Source: the human T2T-CHM13v2.0 reference genome, Homo sapiens
Length of the DNA: 64,000 bases
Assembly: GCF_009914755.1 (NCBI RefSeq)
Contig: NC_060941.1
Reading direction: 5' to 3' (one strand)
Made by a program: the position numbers and the translations under genes. The notes under the pieces were generated by a model, which saw nothing but the letters and a program-made list of their open reading frames with translations, searched no databases and was not told the DNA's origin. This document shows positions 61,075 to 64,000 of this stretch, piece after piece. Positions within the stretch are counted from its first letter, which is position 1. The number at the start of each line of letters is the position of its first letter.

Positions 61075-62538
61075 CTGAAATAAATGGAAAAGCATACCTT
61101 TGTCATCATTCACTCCGTATCCAATGACTCATCCAAGTAGGTGCCAGCTCAGAGATGACAACAGCATTAAATTAATGGTGATCTGTAGCACGGGGCCCTA
61201 CAGTAGAAGCTGAATGTGAAGAAAAGTGAGATCCTCCCGCACTCAGGCACAGTGTCAAAGGGCAGAAATTCTCCTTTGCTTCAAAGAAGCCATCACCATT
61301 TTAAATGAGAAACAGTGATCAATTACAGAATATTGGGTGAGTGTCAACAAAACTCTGTTACAATACATAGATTTGGATCACTAATTACATTCCATATTAT
61401 AAGGCAACTCCGTATCTTTATAAGGCCTAACAGCACTGTTGAGCCTAGAAGCCTCACCCACCCTCCTCTACCCACCACACATGCACTCTAAAAGACAGTC
61501 CATTGTATATTTGGTTTGTAATACAAACTTCAACCACTGAGCTTATCAACTGAATGTAAATCTCCATATTAATACTTGTATACAAAAATACAGAAAACAG
61601 AATAGAGTAATAAAAACAAAAAAAGCACATTATGAAGTCAGAAGACCTGATTTTAGGTCTGGCTGTTACATGAATAAGACATTAAATTCTCTAAACATTG
61701 TTTCCTTAACTTGAAAATGAGAGTGGATGGATGAGCACGGCCATTCCTTCACACTCATTTGGAATCTTAGGGGGCTTCTCTTCCACCAAGCTGCTCACCC
61801 TGACTTCTGATGGCTCCAAAGACAGAACCCTGTAGTCACCTATCTTCTCCCTTCTCCCCTGACATGACTGCTTTTTACTTCTTTCCTTTTTCTGTTCCAC
61901 CTCCTGGTCCTTTCCATTGTGTTTTCAAAAACTACTGCCTCACGGCAAACGAGCTCCCCTTTATCTTCAACCGATTCCCCTAAAGATTATTTCCACCTAA
62001 CTGGACCCTGCTCCTCTTCTCTCTAGCCCTGTGAAATGGCAGCTTCTCATTCTAATGTGCTATGAGTGAGGATGGGATGACAAGACAGTAACATCAACAT
62101 TATCCTAATTGCTCCCTGCAGCTAAGACAGTGTTGGTGAGATCTATATAGTTTTATAGTTCATAATTATCTTGACTTAGAGTTAGAATTATTTTAAAATA
62201 TTTATTTACTCAGCAAAGATTTACTGAATGCCTACTATGTGACTAGCACTGGACATTCAAATATAAAAAAGAATATAAAAAAGACACAGTCCCTGGCCTC
62301 AAGTTACTAGAATCTATTGGCAGAAGAGACAAGTGAAGGGAAGCCCCCCATCTTCCATTCAATCACACATGTCCCGGTGTTGGGGTGGCCCATGGAAGGG
62401 TGTTCCAACCACAGTCAGGCAGAAGAAGGAACCAACAAGCTTCCAGACAAAGACTTCTCATGTATGACTCACCCAAAAAAGGATTTCTGCTTAATGGAAA
62501 AAATTAAGGCTACTACTTAATTTGCTCCTTATAAGCTA

Positions 62539-62823
<285 letters not shown>

Positions 62824-63107
62824 CTATGGTTTAACCTCTGACTCACTGAAGCTCCAAGTTCTCCATGTTATTCATGCATCCATTCGGTAAAACCTGAGTA
62901 GAAAGCACTGTGGCAGAAATTTGGGGGAGGGTGTAAATTTCATTGAAACAACCATGGTAGGGGGCGGGGGGTGGAGGGTGTAGAATTGAAATCCCTGGCT
63001 CTGCCTGACACCTTTAAACATATAAACAATATATAAAATATATTTTTATTTATTCACAATTTGTTTCCTAATTAAACAAAAAAAATTTCATACCATATTG
63101 TTAAATT

Positions 63108-63375
<268 letters not shown>

Positions 63376-63920
63376 AATGAGTAAAACATTTTTCATAAAA
63401 ATACTTAACCTCTCTGGGCCTTAGGTCTAAATAGAATGAATCTAGCGATTTAAAAAATGTTATCGAGAATGCGGGCTGTCTGTGGAGAGGCGCACCCATC
63501 TGAATTCCTACAGGTTCAATCTTGACATCTCAATGATTCATGGTCGCCCCCTGCCATAGAAGTTTGGGAAGAAACAGACTTGATCCTAATCCATTATCTG
63601 TCAATAACTTGGGATAACTGCTAACTCTCCTTTTCTGGAGGCCACCTGAAAATAAACAGATTTGCTAAAGAAGCCTTTGGGCAAGACCACCAAATGTCAC
63701 TAATACAATAAGGGTATTCGACCAGGAGGTGGTCTTTTGGCCAGTTTTCCACTGATAGGGCCATAAGTAAGTTTTAAACAGAAGCTTAAAATATAATGTA
63801 GTTTCAAATCAAGTTGTACCCTGCTGGCTCCCAAAGCCGTATTAGAAAGCACTCACCCTAGGATGCCCTTTTAATATGCAGTAACTATTATTGATCGATA
63901 TTTATCTTTAGCAGGAACTA

Positions 63921-64000
63921 ATTTTTTTTTTTCTTTAAGACAGGGTCTTACTCTGTTGCCCCGGCTGGAGTACAGTGGATCGATCACAGCTCACTGCAGC
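63921..64000 (-). mobile_element. Alu 3' part, runs off the window
   Basis: Poly(T) then agacagggtcttactctgttgcc...gctcactgcagc. Confidence 0.85.

Overview
Primate (almost certainly human) genomic DNA, recognisable as the PITPNM3-KIAA0753 interval (17p13). Both genes are on the minus strand. 1-8.4 kb holds PITPNM3 intron 1, its 22-nt first coding segment (MAKAGRAG) and a CpG-island promoter. 8.5-30.9 kb is an Alu-dense intergenic region with a ~2.1-kb polypyrimidine tract and several motif-rich, repeat-free blocks that look like enhancers. 30.9-64 kb is the 3' half of KIAA0753 (moonraker/OFIP, centriolar): I traced 11 coding exons by hand, all GT-AG with consistent phases and one open frame to the TAA stop, plus a 3' UTR and poly(A) signal. 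Apart from fragments overlapping these exons, the long ORFs in the supplied track appear to be artefacts of repeats or GC-rich DNA. I found no new multi-gene system. The most interesting structures are: (1) a tandem duplication, possibly a triplication, of symmetric KIAA0753 coding exons; (2) an Alu whose 44-bp A-box head is amplified nine times while its B box is lost; (3) a tailless 5S retrocopy whose target-site duplication overlaps its 3' end; (4) the 2.1-kb (CCT/CTT) tract with higher-order structure; (5) an inverted Alu pair against the terminal-exon acceptor. Gene names, exon and residue numbers, repeat subfamilies and variant names are from recall, not a database search. Repeat boundaries are approximate.
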